Positions 39,229 through 47,666 of a stretch of 54,181 bases of DNA are shown here, piece after piece; within the stretch, counting starts at the first letter, position 1, and each line of letters opens with the position of its first letter. This stretch comes from Candidatus Levyibacteriota bacterium (GTDB lineage Bacteria > Patescibacteriota > Microgenomatia > Levybacterales > UBA12049): assembly GCA_018061075.1 (NCBI GenBank), contig JAGOUW010000005.1:1-54181 (forward strand), read 5' to 3'. The notes below the pieces were generated by a model. It was not told the DNA's origin. It saw only the letters and a program-made list of their open reading frames with translations, and searched no databases. The position numbers and the translations under genes were made by a program.

Positions 39229-39843
39229 ATGCCAAGAGAAATATTACAAACACACGCACCAGTTCCATCTAAATGGCTTCCAAGGCATGTTCCTGGATAT
39301 CAGCCTACAACTGAGGGCGCACCACAGCTCCCTAACAAACCACGACTTCCACATGTACCACACTTCAAACACGCAGGAAGAGTCGCAGTTATAGGATTTG
39401 CAGGAGCTTTAGCTCTTACAGCAGCTGAAGGTTTTGTAAAACCTCGCGAAACATCTGTTGATCCTGCAGTAAGAGCAGGCGAAGTTCCAGCAGAGCAAAT
39501 GAGATATCCATGGGATGCAGGAAATGTACATTTAGATTTGCAATACACCGAAGTGGGTCAAGATATATTCGAATTTTCTGGAGTTAAATTAACTACTGAG
39601 CCTGAAGTTGTAAATATAGGAGACGGAAAATACGTTCAATTTGTTCTCGGAAGTGAATACGGCGAAGCTGATGATCCATACGGTCACGTAAAAGTAGAGC
39701 TTTTAAATGATGTTATGGAAGGTGGAGTTTGGGAAAAATCAGTTGATGCCGAAGGAAATACTATATTAAATGAAGAAGGAAAACCAACTCTACATCCTTT
39801 TGGATATGTAGAGCCAGAACCAGGACAAGTTGAACAGGCATAA
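39229..39843 (+). CDS. hypothetical membrane-anchored protein
   Basis: 204 aa, one TM (VAVIGFAGALALTAAEGF). GC looks higher than in neighbouring genes. Confidence 0.55.
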   Translation: MPREILQTHAPVPSKWLPRHVPGYQPTTEGAPQLPNKPRLPHVPHFKHAGRVAVIGFAGALALTAAEGFVKPRETSVDPAVRAGEVPAEQMRYPWDAGNVHLDLQYTEVGQDIFEFSGVKLTTEPEVVNIGDGKYVQFVLGSEYGEADDPYGHVKVELLNDVMEGGVWEKSVDAEGNTILNEEGKPTLHPFGYVEPEPGQVEQA

Positions 39844-39859
39844 TTTATATGCTATAGGC

Positions 39860-39887
39860 TTGACAATGGGCCGAAAAGGAGTATAAT
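39860..39887 (+). promoter_or_regulatory. promoter TTGACA-16-TATAAT, with the ATG 11 nt after the -10
   Basis: Both hexamers match consensus exactly. Confidence 0.65.
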
Positions 39888-39898
39888 CGCAAACTAAT

Positions 39899-40999
39899 AT
39901 GACAGAAGCACTAAATACATCAATCGGAGCACATCCAAACACTCGTTCAGAGTCGAACCAAGCATATTGGAAATCTATTACGAGCTCAGCCGTTGCAGGA
40001 AGAACAATTGAACTTACAACTGTTGCACAAACACCTAAAGTAGTTGATACATTCACTCCCCTTTTTGATCAAGGATCATTCATGGATAGAGTTGGATCAG
40101 TTGCAAGTAAGTTTGCAAAGCCAGCATTAGTAACAGGCGGAGCTGCAGCAGGAATAGCTGGAGCTGCAATCGTAGTTGATCTAGATGGAAAATACGTAAG
40201 TGCTCAAGAGCCATCCACTGCTCCATCAGCTGAACCATCAGTTGAGCCTACCCCATCAGTAACTCCTGATCCAATAACAGGACTTTTACCATGCCCTACC
40301 CCAGAAGCTTCACCAAAACCAGGCGAAACACCAATCCCTGAAAGAACAATTGACCCAGGAATCGGAAAAGTTGGAGGAGAAGTTTTATTTGCACAAGCTG
40401 CTAGCTCAAGCGGAGAAACAGTGATTGTAACTTTAGCACAAGAAGCTCCATCCGCTGCTCCATCAGGAGCTCCAGAAGCAAGCCCAGCAGCTTCTGTAAC
40501 ACCAAATCCAGAAACAGCAGTAAATCCAAATTGTGATCCAGTATTAACAGAGGCGTACATAAAAGCCGGAAAACCAGAGGATAAAGAACCAGTTAAATTC
40601 AGTTTTATGGATGAAGCCATAGAAGCACCTATTAGCATAGGTGAATTAAAAGGAATAATTAAATCATTTTATGCAAAACACCCAGAGGCACTTAACTACG
40701 TAGACGAATATGACACCAAGCTCACTACAAAAACACGAAACAGAATGCTTAAACAGTGCGAAAAGGGATATCCCGATGATCCAAAAGAATTAATTCAACA
40801 AAGCAGAGTATCAAGCTGTGCTGGCTTAATACGCTATATATACTTTATCGCTAAGGAAAATAAATCCCAAGGAATGATGGAGCTAGCTCAATCCGTATAT
40901 TGGTATGCATTGGCTAATATTAAAGCTTCTGACCCCGCAAGCGCTATTGAAGAATTTTTAGGTGGAGTTGAAATAAAAAAACAAGTAATTCAGGGCTAA
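39899..40999 (+). CDS. hypothetical membrane-anchored protein with a Pro/Ser/Ala-rich linker
   Basis: 366 aa, with a TM-like stretch (LVTGGAAAGIAGAAIVV), an EPSTAPSAEPSVEPTPSVTPDP linker and a Cys-containing C-terminal domain. Confidence 0.55.
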   Translation: MTEALNTSIGAHPNTRSESNQAYWKSITSSAVAGRTIELTTVAQTPKVVDTFTPLFDQGSFMDRVGSVASKFAKPALVTGGAAAGIAGAAIVVDLDGKYVSAQEPSTAPSAEPSVEPTPSVTPDPITGLLPCPTPEASPKPGETPIPERTIDPGIGKVGGEVLFAQAASSSGETVIVTLAQEAPSAAPSGAPEASPAASVTPNPETAVNPNCDPVLTEAYIKAGKPEDKEPVKFSFMDEAIEAPISIGELKGIIKSFYAKHPEALNYVDEYDTKLTTKTRNRMLKQCEKGYPDDPKELIQQSRVSSCAGLIRYIYFIAKENKSQGMMELAQSVYWYALANIKASDPASAIEEFLGGVEIKKQVIQG

Positions 41000-41052
41000 C
41001 CCTCTTCTCTTCATATTGACACTGATATCCAGGCTATACTAATCTAGTATAT

Positions 41053-41784
41053 ATGAGCTTAAATCCGCTCGCTATTTTTCGTTACAAAAAGCTACTATTA
41101 ATTCCAGTACTGACATTTCTCATTTTAATACCCATAATTTTTTACTTACTTTCTAATAGAGGCATTAATAAAAATGACGAACTAACTCTTCTGAAAAAAG
41201 AAAGTGATCAAATCGTTTATATTTATCCTGATGCTATTAATCCTTCAAGAGTTGAAGAAAAATTCGCTATTTTAGAAGATAAAAAGAATACGAATGAAGC
41301 TAGATATTCAGCGCTAGATAACTTAGCTTTCTTTTATGGCTCGGCTTACAGCGACACAAATAACCCCAGAATAAAAAAATATCTTTTAGATTTAGGAAAA
41401 TATGGCGAAAAAGAGTTCCCCACTCTTTATAAAAAGGGCCCATTTAATCCTGTCTGCCAGGATACAACCTGCGCTCCTGCTACACCCGAAGAGATTAAAT
41501 CCATTATTTCGCAAATTAAATCATCGGATATGCCTAAAGAGGATATGGAAAGAATTAATAAAAATTTAGCCAATGCTAGCATGGTAGAAAATGATGCTCA
41601 GGATTTTAAATTTTACGTCTACAACCAGACTTACACTGAAATAAAAAACATAGCAGATGCTTCTTCATCCTCGGCACTTCTTAAAGCTCATGAAGACCTT
41701 GGCTTATTCCTTGCAAAAACATATCCAGATCTTTGGGAGCTTTACTCTGAAGAGCTTGATGGTAGCTTAACTGAAAATAAATGA
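41053..41784 (+). CDS. hypothetical signal-anchored protein
   Basis: 243 aa, TM LLLIPVLTFLILIPIIFYLL. ATGA coupling to the giant gene. Confidence 0.55.
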   Translation: MSLNPLAIFRYKKLLLIPVLTFLILIPIIFYLLSNRGINKNDELTLLKKESDQIVYIYPDAINPSRVEEKFAILEDKKNTNEARYSALDNLAFFYGSAYSDTNNPRIKKYLLDLGKYGEKEFPTLYKKGPFNPVCQDTTCAPATPEEIKSIISQIKSSDMPKEDMERINKNLANASMVENDAQDFKFYVYNQTYTEIKNIADASSSSALLKAHEDLGLFLAKTYPDLWELYSEELDGSLTENK

Positions 41785-44700
41785 AAAAGTTTTTAATTGC
41801 CCTACTGTTATTTTTTGCCTTATTTGAAGTTGGCTCTTTAGTTAATGACGCCTTAGCGCATGGACCTGTAAAAACACTTTATTTTAGAAGATGTAATTAT
41901 AATCCCGGAGTAAGATGGCAAGTAAGATATCAGGTAATTTTTGCAGACCAAAGCAAATCAGGATATATTTATGGAACAACAGGACCAGAATCTGCACATG
42001 GAGACTACTATGCAGAAGAAGTATGTAATTCTTTTTCCAATCGAACGGGTGCATCTGAACCTCTCGTAAATACAGGAAGTAATGCAGCTGACCCACCTCA
42101 TCCCGGTGGATTTATTAGTAGTAGACTCGGGCCAAGACAAGAAGATACAAAAATAGTATGGTCAACGGCCTGCGTAGATCCTGTAATTGACGCTATTACT
42201 ATTTATGAAACCCCTAATGGGCACAGTATCTGGGAATTCGTAGAAGATGTCTCATTTAGGCGTAATGTAAATGGATGTAATGTGCCAAACAGTGGATGCA
42301 CTGGTTTTAACTCAGGGAATTTAATTTCTGAGGTTCAAGGTAAAGGAACCATTAACTTTAGTGAAACAGGAAAATGCAGTAATAATCCCCCTCCTCCTAG
42401 AAATGTAATTAGGGGATTTGTATTTATAGATAGAAATAATGATGGTGATTATGACGGCACTGATGCTTGCTATAAAAATCGGTTTAACATTTTAAGAAAT
42501 GGAGACTCAGACAACTATTCAGCAACAGGTTGTGGCAATGGAAATGATCCTTATTTCGTTTGGACAACAACTAGAACCAATAACACAATTTGCTTGGATG
42601 TACCTAATGGATACCGAATGACCAACAACCGGTGTCGCGATACAAATGGAGACGCCACACTTAGGTTTGGTATAGCTCCTGATAGAGGGGAAATTTCTGG
42701 AATTGTTTATATTGACGAAAATACCAATGGTAATTTAGATGGAAAAGACACTAGACGACGCGATGACCTGGTAAGAATGGATCCTAATGGCGCCAATGAA
42801 ACTAGCAGAACAAATTCTGATGGAAGATACAGGTTTGGTGATTTAAATCCTGGTTCTGACCACAACATAAGGCTGGACGGTATAAATGTATGTAGACTTA
42901 CTATTCAGGGAGACAATCCAAAAACTAATATTAATGCCCCAGCAGGAGGAAATAATAATGTTAACTTTAGACTCACCCGCCGGTATTTTAATATTTTCGG
43001 AAATATATATAGATATGTTCCAGGAGTTTGTACGCCCACTATCAATACTGGCTGCCAAGCCTATGGAAGAAGTGTAAAAGTAACCGTACTTGGAGAAGGC
43101 AGAAACGACGATTCCCGCCCTGGAGATGCTCCAGATTATACAGTTACAAGAATTCAAGATCAGGGAGGCGCATATACTGTAAGACTTAGTGGACTTAGAA
43201 CCGGAGAAAGTGTGGTAGGTGGAAATGATAAAGATGTAAATATAGATTGTGCAAATGAAAGACAGGATTGGTTCATTCAGCCAGCAGGTGCTACAGAGTT
43301 TTCAATAAGCGGATCTGTTTATGTAAATACAAATGGCACAGCAGGACTTCAAACAGGTGGAGCAACGCCTGATGAAAGATACACGGGTGGCGGAACAATT
43401 CAGATAAGAACTGGTAATAATTCAGCTTCGACTGGTAGAACAGGTCCTCTTTCTGATTCAGGCACTTACATAGTAGATGAAAATCCTCAAAATACTAATT
43501 ATCGTGTCAGACTTCAGACAGGAACACTTGCTACTGGCTACACCATAAATGGATCAATCGGAAATGATCTTGTAGTAAATATGGCCACTCAAGATGTCTC
43601 CAGAGTTAATTTTCTGCTTAATCCCCCTGCAGGAAGCACCTACTCAATTCAGGGCGGAGTTTATGTAGATTCAGATAATCCCGAGGCAAGAAAAACTGAC
43701 AGTGAGCCTTATGTCGCAAGGTCTGGATCAGAAAGCATTACTATCACTAACAGGGGTGATGGCTCTACGAGAACCATAACTAACTTTACCCAAACAGCAA
43801 ATGGATTCTCCTCAACAGGTCTTCCTGCAGGCCAATACTGGGTTGATTTCAGCGGACCAAATGGAAGAGGTGCAGGCTGGAGAGTAACTTATCCTTCTGG
43901 CACTTCCCCATTCAGAATCGCACTAACGCTCGGTCCGTCATGCAATGATGATGCCACAGATCAGGACGGGGTGGCTCTCTGTACTGCTGCGGGGAATGTA
44001 ACAGATGTAGACTTTGGAGTAAAAGAACAAAATGATGATCCATGGTATCAATCAGTCGGCGGAGATGTACGCGTAGATGAAGACAACTATAGAAATATAA
44101 TTCCCGCCGGAACAAGTCCTGTCTGCGGTAACACCACTTATCCGTACGTTTCTTCAAGTTCAATTGCAAACAACTTAACATCCGGAATACTCTTTACAGG
44201 TAACACTCCGGATCTATCTAATACTGGTAATGATAGAGCTAAAGCTTCAAATCAAGGCTGGCTCGTAAGTGGAAATAACTTTACACCTGCAAAACCAGGA
44301 ACGATTAGAACTTCCTATACTTATATGAGTAACGTCATAGAAAAAGGCAGACTTACTGTTAATCAAATGTTTGGAACTACATCCACCAAGGCCTGTACAA
44401 CTAATAGCGGCCCTGACTGTGAACTTAAAGCAAATTTATTAAATGGTATTTATAAATCAACAAATTCTGTAACCATAAGAGGAAGCGGTAACCCTGAAAC
44501 CTACACTTTCCCAAATGGAAGAGATTATGTTTTCTTAATCGAAGACGATCTAAGAATTGAATCAAATATTCAAGTTAACCCAGGCTCAACAGTTACATTT
44601 ATAGTTGGCGGGGACATCAGAATCAGTCCTGATGTAACAGAAATAGATGGAATATATTCAACAGATGGAAGTTTTATAACACTAGGAACTGCAACTGGAA

Positions 44701-45818
44701 ATGACAATCCTCTGCGAATTGAGGGAAATGTAGTTGCAAATGCGGGATTAAATTCAGGGAAAAGATTTGATCAAAGAAGAGACTTAGGAGACCTACAAAA
44801 CGTAGACTGTCCGGCTGTAACATTCGTCACACGACCTGATTTTATTTTAAATGGACCTGAGCTTATCAGATACACAAATTACGTTATTCAAGAAATCGCC
44901 CCAGGTGCAGATCGAAGCAGTCAGGGAGCAGCAGGGTTTATAGCTGCAGATACGTATACACCTCCTTTCACTCAAGTCCCTGATGCTCCACCAGCATGCG
45001 TTAAAGAGTCTGATCCGCAGTTTTGCGCTAGAAAAATCCCATCAGCCAAACGGTGTGGCAGATTCGTTGGACTTGATAATTGTGGTGATCCAAGAATCGT
45101 AGAAAACTGCGGAGATTGTTCAGTCTCGGGTGAAACATGCGGAGGAGCTGGACCTGTAAATATTTGCGGACGCGAAGATGCTCCTGAAGCAGCTCAGTGT
45201 CCAAGCGGAAATTATGGAAGCTGTCTTTGGAATGAATTTAGAATTTTATTAAAAGGAAATACACCCTACCTAGACAACGAGGCCAGAGATATTTTTAACA
45301 TTCTCTCTGAAGTGGGTGTTTCATGGAAATGGAAAAGACTTTTAAGAGAATCAGGCCCTACTGATATAAATTTTGTGAATGATGGCGAACTTGGAGGGTG
45401 TCCTTCGAGAGTAACATCAAATGGAAATGGAACGAGTGATTTAGAATTAAAAAATTATGGACTGCGCTGTAATCGCGAGGAAAGAAAAAGCCGCCTCACC
45501 CATGAATCAGGTCACATCATAAGAAATGGTAATTTACGTCTCTATCAAAATTTTATGGATCAAGCTTATTATCCAAAAGATTCCAGATGTTATTATAGAT
45601 ATGTCAGCGATTCTGATTCTTTCTGGTTTATAGATACATATAGCACAGATTATGCCCGCAGCTTAGGCTTAGACTCATCAGGCGCTAATGAGTCTATGGC
45701 TGAGCTTATGGCTCTAACCGTGCTTCCACAAAGAAAAGATGGAAATCTTTATCCGAATTATTGCCCCGTAGGTCATAACTGGATTAAGGATAATATATTT
45801 AATAATTACAATTTTTAA
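41781..45818 (+). CDS. giant (1345 aa) secreted protein with SdrD-B/Cna-B-like repeats and a C-terminal HExxH zincin-like module
   Basis: Signal peptide MKKFLIALLLFFALFEV. There are four segments of the type I(R/S)G.V(F/Y)(I/V)D.N.(N/D)G..D...D (for example ISGIVYIDENTNGNLDGKD...SDGRYRFGDLNPG). HESGH lies at 45501-45515, with ESMAE downstream. Confidence 0.7.
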   Translation: MKKFLIALLLFFALFEVGSLVNDALAHGPVKTLYFRRCNYNPGVRWQVRYQVIFADQSKSGYIYGTTGPESAHGDYYAEEVCNSFSNRTGASEPLVNTGSNAADPPHPGGFISSRLGPRQEDTKIVWSTACVDPVIDAITIYETPNGHSIWEFVEDVSFRRNVNGCNVPNSGCTGFNSGNLISEVQGKGTINFSETGKCSNNPPPPRNVIRGFVFIDRNNDGDYDGTDACYKNRFNILRNGDSDNYSATGCGNGNDPYFVWTTTRTNNTICLDVPNGYRMTNNRCRDTNGDATLRFGIAPDRGEISGIVYIDENTNGNLDGKDTRRRDDLVRMDPNGANETSRTNSDGRYRFGDLNPGSDHNIRLDGINVCRLTIQGDNPKTNINAPAGGNNNVNFRLTRRYFNIFGNIYRYVPGVCTPTINTGCQAYGRSVKVTVLGEGRNDDSRPGDAPDYTVTRIQDQGGAYTVRLSGLRTGESVVGGNDKDVNIDCANERQDWFIQPAGATEFSISGSVYVNTNGTAGLQTGGATPDERYTGGGTIQIRTGNNSASTGRTGPLSDSGTYIVDENPQNTNYRVRLQTGTLATGYTINGSIGNDLVVNMATQDVSRVNFLLNPPAGSTYSIQGGVYVDSDNPEARKTDSEPYVARSGSESITITNRGDGSTRTITNFTQTANGFSSTGLPAGQYWVDFSGPNGRGAGWRVTYPSGTSPFRIALTLGPSCNDDATDQDGVALCTAAGNVTDVDFGVKEQNDDPWYQSVGGDVRVDEDNYRNIIPAGTSPVCGNTTYPYVSSSSIANNLTSGILFTGNTPDLSNTGNDRAKASNQGWLVSGNNFTPAKPGTIRTSYTYMSNVIEKGRLTVNQMFGTTSTKACTTNSGPDCELKANLLNGIYKSTNSVTIRGSGNPETYTFPNGRDYVFLIEDDLRIESNIQVNPGSTVTFIVGGDIRISPDVTEIDGIYSTDGSFITLGTATGNDNPLRIEGNVVANAGLNSGKRFDQRRDLGDLQNVDCPAVTFVTRPDFILNGPELIRYTNYVIQEIAPGADRSSQGAAGFIAADTYTPPFTQVPDAPPACVKESDPQFCARKIPSAKRCGRFVGLDNCGDPRIVENCGDCSVSGETCGGAGPVNICGREDAPEAAQCPSGNYGSCLWNEFRILLKGNTPYLDNEARDIFNILSEVGVSWKWKRLLRESGPTDINFVNDGELGGCPSRVTSNGNGTSDLELKNYGLRCNREERKSRLTHESGHIIRNGNLRLYQNFMDQAYYPKDSRCYYRYVSDSDSFWFIDTYSTDYARSLGLDSSGANESMAELMALTVLPQRKDGNLYPNYCPVGHNWIKDNIFNNYNF

Positions 45819-45832
45819 AAATAAACTAAATT

Positions 45833-46453
45833 ATGAATAATTTAACAAATAAAAAATGGTGGATACTTTTTATTTTAATATTAGTAATAATATTCGTGGC
45901 TATTCTTGCAATTTTTCTTATCAACTCAAGAAATGCAAATAATAACTCCTCGCCCACTTTAAAAGTTAATAATCTTGAAAAGGACTATTCACGATTGGAT
46001 GAAATTACCCCTGGCAAAACTACACTAGAAGATGTTAAAGAAATAAATGGTGAGCCAAAGACAGTAACAAATGAGGGTAGAAAAACATATCTTAGCTATA
46101 AAACCCCTTCTGAAGCATTTGAAAATATAGTTGTGGTTGAAAACAACCGGGTAATTTACGTTAAGGAAAATGTCTTTGGAAGCTATAGAGGAACTGTCGG
46201 AGATTTTCAATCAAAAAATGGCGATCCTGACCTTTTACTTTTCGGAGAAACATATGGGTGGTCGGTTTATCTAAATAAAGGGGTCGCTATCGAACACGAC
46301 TCCAAAGATATCGGTACAATTCTTTATTTTGTTCCACAAAGCAAAGAAAGCTTCATGAATTCGCTGGCAAAAGAATTAAAATTAACTGAAACACCAATCG
46401 TGGAAGATGAACCGCCGTTTGAAGGATCCACGGAAGCAACCCCTACTCCTTAA
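45833..46453 (+). CDS. hypothetical signal-anchored protein
   Basis: 206 aa, TM WWILFILILVIIFVAILAIFLI. Confidence 0.5.
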   Translation: MNNLTNKKWWILFILILVIIFVAILAIFLINSRNANNNSSPTLKVNNLEKDYSRLDEITPGKTTLEDVKEINGEPKTVTNEGRKTYLSYKTPSEAFENIVVVENNRVIYVKENVFGSYRGTVGDFQSKNGDPDLLLFGETYGWSVYLNKGVAIEHDSKDIGTILYFVPQSKESFMNSLAKELKLTETPIVEDEPPFEGSTEATPTP

Positions 46454-46467
46454 CATATCTTGTCAAG

Positions 46468-46496
46468 TTGACAATAATATTCTTCCATTCTATACT
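46468..46496 (+). promoter_or_regulatory. promoter TTGACA-17-TATACT driving a non-coding transcript
   Basis: Exact -35 and 17-nt spacer. No ORF follows. Confidence 0.65.
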
Positions 46497-46502
46497 TTTA
46501 GT

Positions 46503-46716
46503 TGCTCTTTGATACTCGGGAGGATTATGATTTTTCCTCTATGTTAATTTCCTTGAGGTAGTTTTGTTTTCACGAACAAAGCAACGAGGCGGAGTTCGGT
46601 AAGACTATGGCTAGTCCTAAACCTTATCGACAGCTTTTCCTATTTTTCTCAAGGGGAAAACGATAATCCATCTTCGGTATCAAAGGCAGTATTTATTTAA
46701 CTTTAGGTTTTTTTTT
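46503..46716 (+). ncRNA. candidate structured sRNA of about 210 nt (rod-like, 6S-like architecture; identity unresolved)
   Basis: Four nested co-linear helices: 46507-15/46677-85, 46522-28/46663-69, 46532-37/46655-60 and 46551-57/46648-54. Apical hairpins at 46561-82 and 46603-16. It ends in a run of 9 T. Confidence 0.45.
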
Positions 46717-46732
46717 AATTGAGGTATGCTTA

Positions 46733-46762
46733 TTGCCTCAAATCTCCCCTTTCTGGTAAAAT
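46733..46762 (+). promoter_or_regulatory. possible promoter of the tRNA cluster (TTGCCT-18-TAAAAT)
   Basis: The -10 ends 9 nt before the tRNA-Thr 5' end. Confidence 0.4.
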
Positions 46763-46771
46763 TACCATTAC

Positions 46772-46843
46772 GCCGTCTTAGCTCAGTGGTAGAGCAGCTG
46801 TTTTGTAAACAGCAGGTCGTGGGTTCAAATCCGACAGACGGCT
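46772..46843 (+). tRNA. tRNA-Thr (UGU)
   Basis: Acceptor GCCGTCT/AGACGGC, anticodon loop TTTGTAA, T loop TTCAAAT. There is one G-G mismatch in the T stem (GTGGG/CCGAC). Confidence 0.85.
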
Positions 46844-47037
46844 CAGCGTCCAATCAAGATTAAATCCGTTCCATCTTTTGCTCTGCAAAAGATTTAACAC
46901 TATAATCTGATTCTCCTTATTCAAAATTGCATGCAATTTTGAGATCAAAATCCAAAGGATTTTGAAGAGGAGCGAACGGCGAAAAATCGAAGTTCCGATT
47001 TTAATCGGAACGAAGATCCGAGACGAAATCGCGACGA

Positions 47038-47122
47038 GCTGAGTTGGCGGAGCAGTCAATCGCACCTGACTGTAGATCAGGTGCCCGAAAGGGCTACAGG
47101 AGTGCAAATCTCTTACTCAGCA
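47038..47122 (+). tRNA. tRNA-Tyr (GUA), class II
   Basis: Acceptor GCTGAGT/ACTCAGC, anticodon arm CCTGA-CTGTAGA-TCAGG, variable arm GCCC-GAAA-GGGC. The T loop reads TGCAAAT, with G at position 55 instead of U. Confidence 0.85.
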
Positions 47123-47128
47123 CACCAG

Positions 47129-47200
47129 GCCGATTTGGCTCAGTGGTAGAGCAAGTCATTGGTAATGACTAGATCGTGGGTTCGATTCCCACAATCGGCT
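47129..47200 (+). tRNA. tRNA-Thr (GGU)
   Basis: Acceptor GCCGATT/AATCGGC, anticodon loop TTGGTAA, T arm GTGGG-TTCGATT-CCCAC. Confidence 0.9.
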
Positions 47201-47250
47201 CACCTACTCTTTGATTTTACGCGTGATTTTAGTTATAATTGTAACCTCAT

Positions 47251-47424
47251 ATGGCAAAAGGTGAACACAGACAGAATTTTGGATTAAAATGCAGCGTTTG
47301 CAAAAACGTTAATTACATCACGCAAAGAAATAAAATTAATACAGAAGCCAAACTTCTATTAAAGAAATACTGTAAAAAATGTAGAAAAGTTACAGATCAC
47401 AAAGAAATCGAAAAACTTAAGTAA
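47251..47424 (+). CDS. rpmG: 50S ribosomal protein L33 (57 aa; below the ORF-track cutoff)
   Basis: The translation MAKGEHRQNFGLKCSVCKNVNYITQRNKINTEAKLLLKKYCKKCRKVTDHKEIEKLK shows the two CxxC pairs and the L33 core. Confidence 0.9.
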   Translation: MAKGEHRQNFGLKCSVCKNVNYITQRNKINTEAKLLLKKYCKKCRKVTDHKEIEKLK

Positions 47425-47441
47425 ATCCCCTCTTGCTGTAT

Positions 47442-47470
47442 TTGATTAAAGCCCAATCCCAAAGTATAAT
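47442..47470 (+). promoter_or_regulatory. promoter TTGATT-17-TATAAT upstream of tRNA-Trp
   Basis: Consensus -10 and 17-nt spacer, followed by a leader of about 40 nt before the tRNA. Confidence 0.6.
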
Positions 47471-47515
47471 AGTCCTAACATTTCGAAGGGTTTACCCTGA
47501 GGAGTGAAATGACGA

Positions 47516-47590
47516 AGGGATGTGGTGAAACGGCTATCACAGCAGTCTCCAAAACTGCTTTTCACGGTTCGAATCCGTGCATCCCTGCCA
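47516..47590 (+). tRNA. tRNA-Trp (CCA), the only tRNA here with a genomically encoded 3' CCA
   Basis: Acceptor AGGGATG/CATCCCT, anticodon arm GCAGT-CTCCAAA-ACTGC, T arm CACGG-TTCGAAT-CCGTG, then G-CCA. Confidence 0.9.
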
Positions 47591-47662
47591 ACCTTCGCTA
47601 AAGCTACGGCTGGCAAGCCCTAGATTTAGAAGGTTGTCCTCCATAGCCTTGGCGAAGGAGGA
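47590..47662 (+). promoter_or_regulatory. structured GC-rich leader with alternative pairings that can sequester the GIY-YIG Shine-Dalgarno
   Basis: AACCTTCGC (47590-98) can pair with GAAGGTT (47629-35) or with GCGAAGG (47652-58). TCCTCC (47637-42) is complementary to the SD GGAGGA (47657-62). Confidence 0.5.
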
Positions 47663-47666
47663 AAAT

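Noticed and set aside
41781-45818. Giant gene as the target of a diversity-generating retroelement
   Set aside because: No reverse transcriptase gene and no template/variable repeat pair are visible in the window.
46778-47107. 109-aa minus-strand ORF
   Set aside because: It spans tRNA-Thr(UGU), the hairpin spacer and tRNA-Tyr on the opposite strand. No coding evidence.
47577-47666. N-terminal 30 codons of the ORF-track version of the GIY-YIG gene
   Set aside because: This extension starts inside tRNA-Trp and translates the structured GC-rich leader. A strong SD precedes the internal ATG at 47667, where the GIY motif begins.
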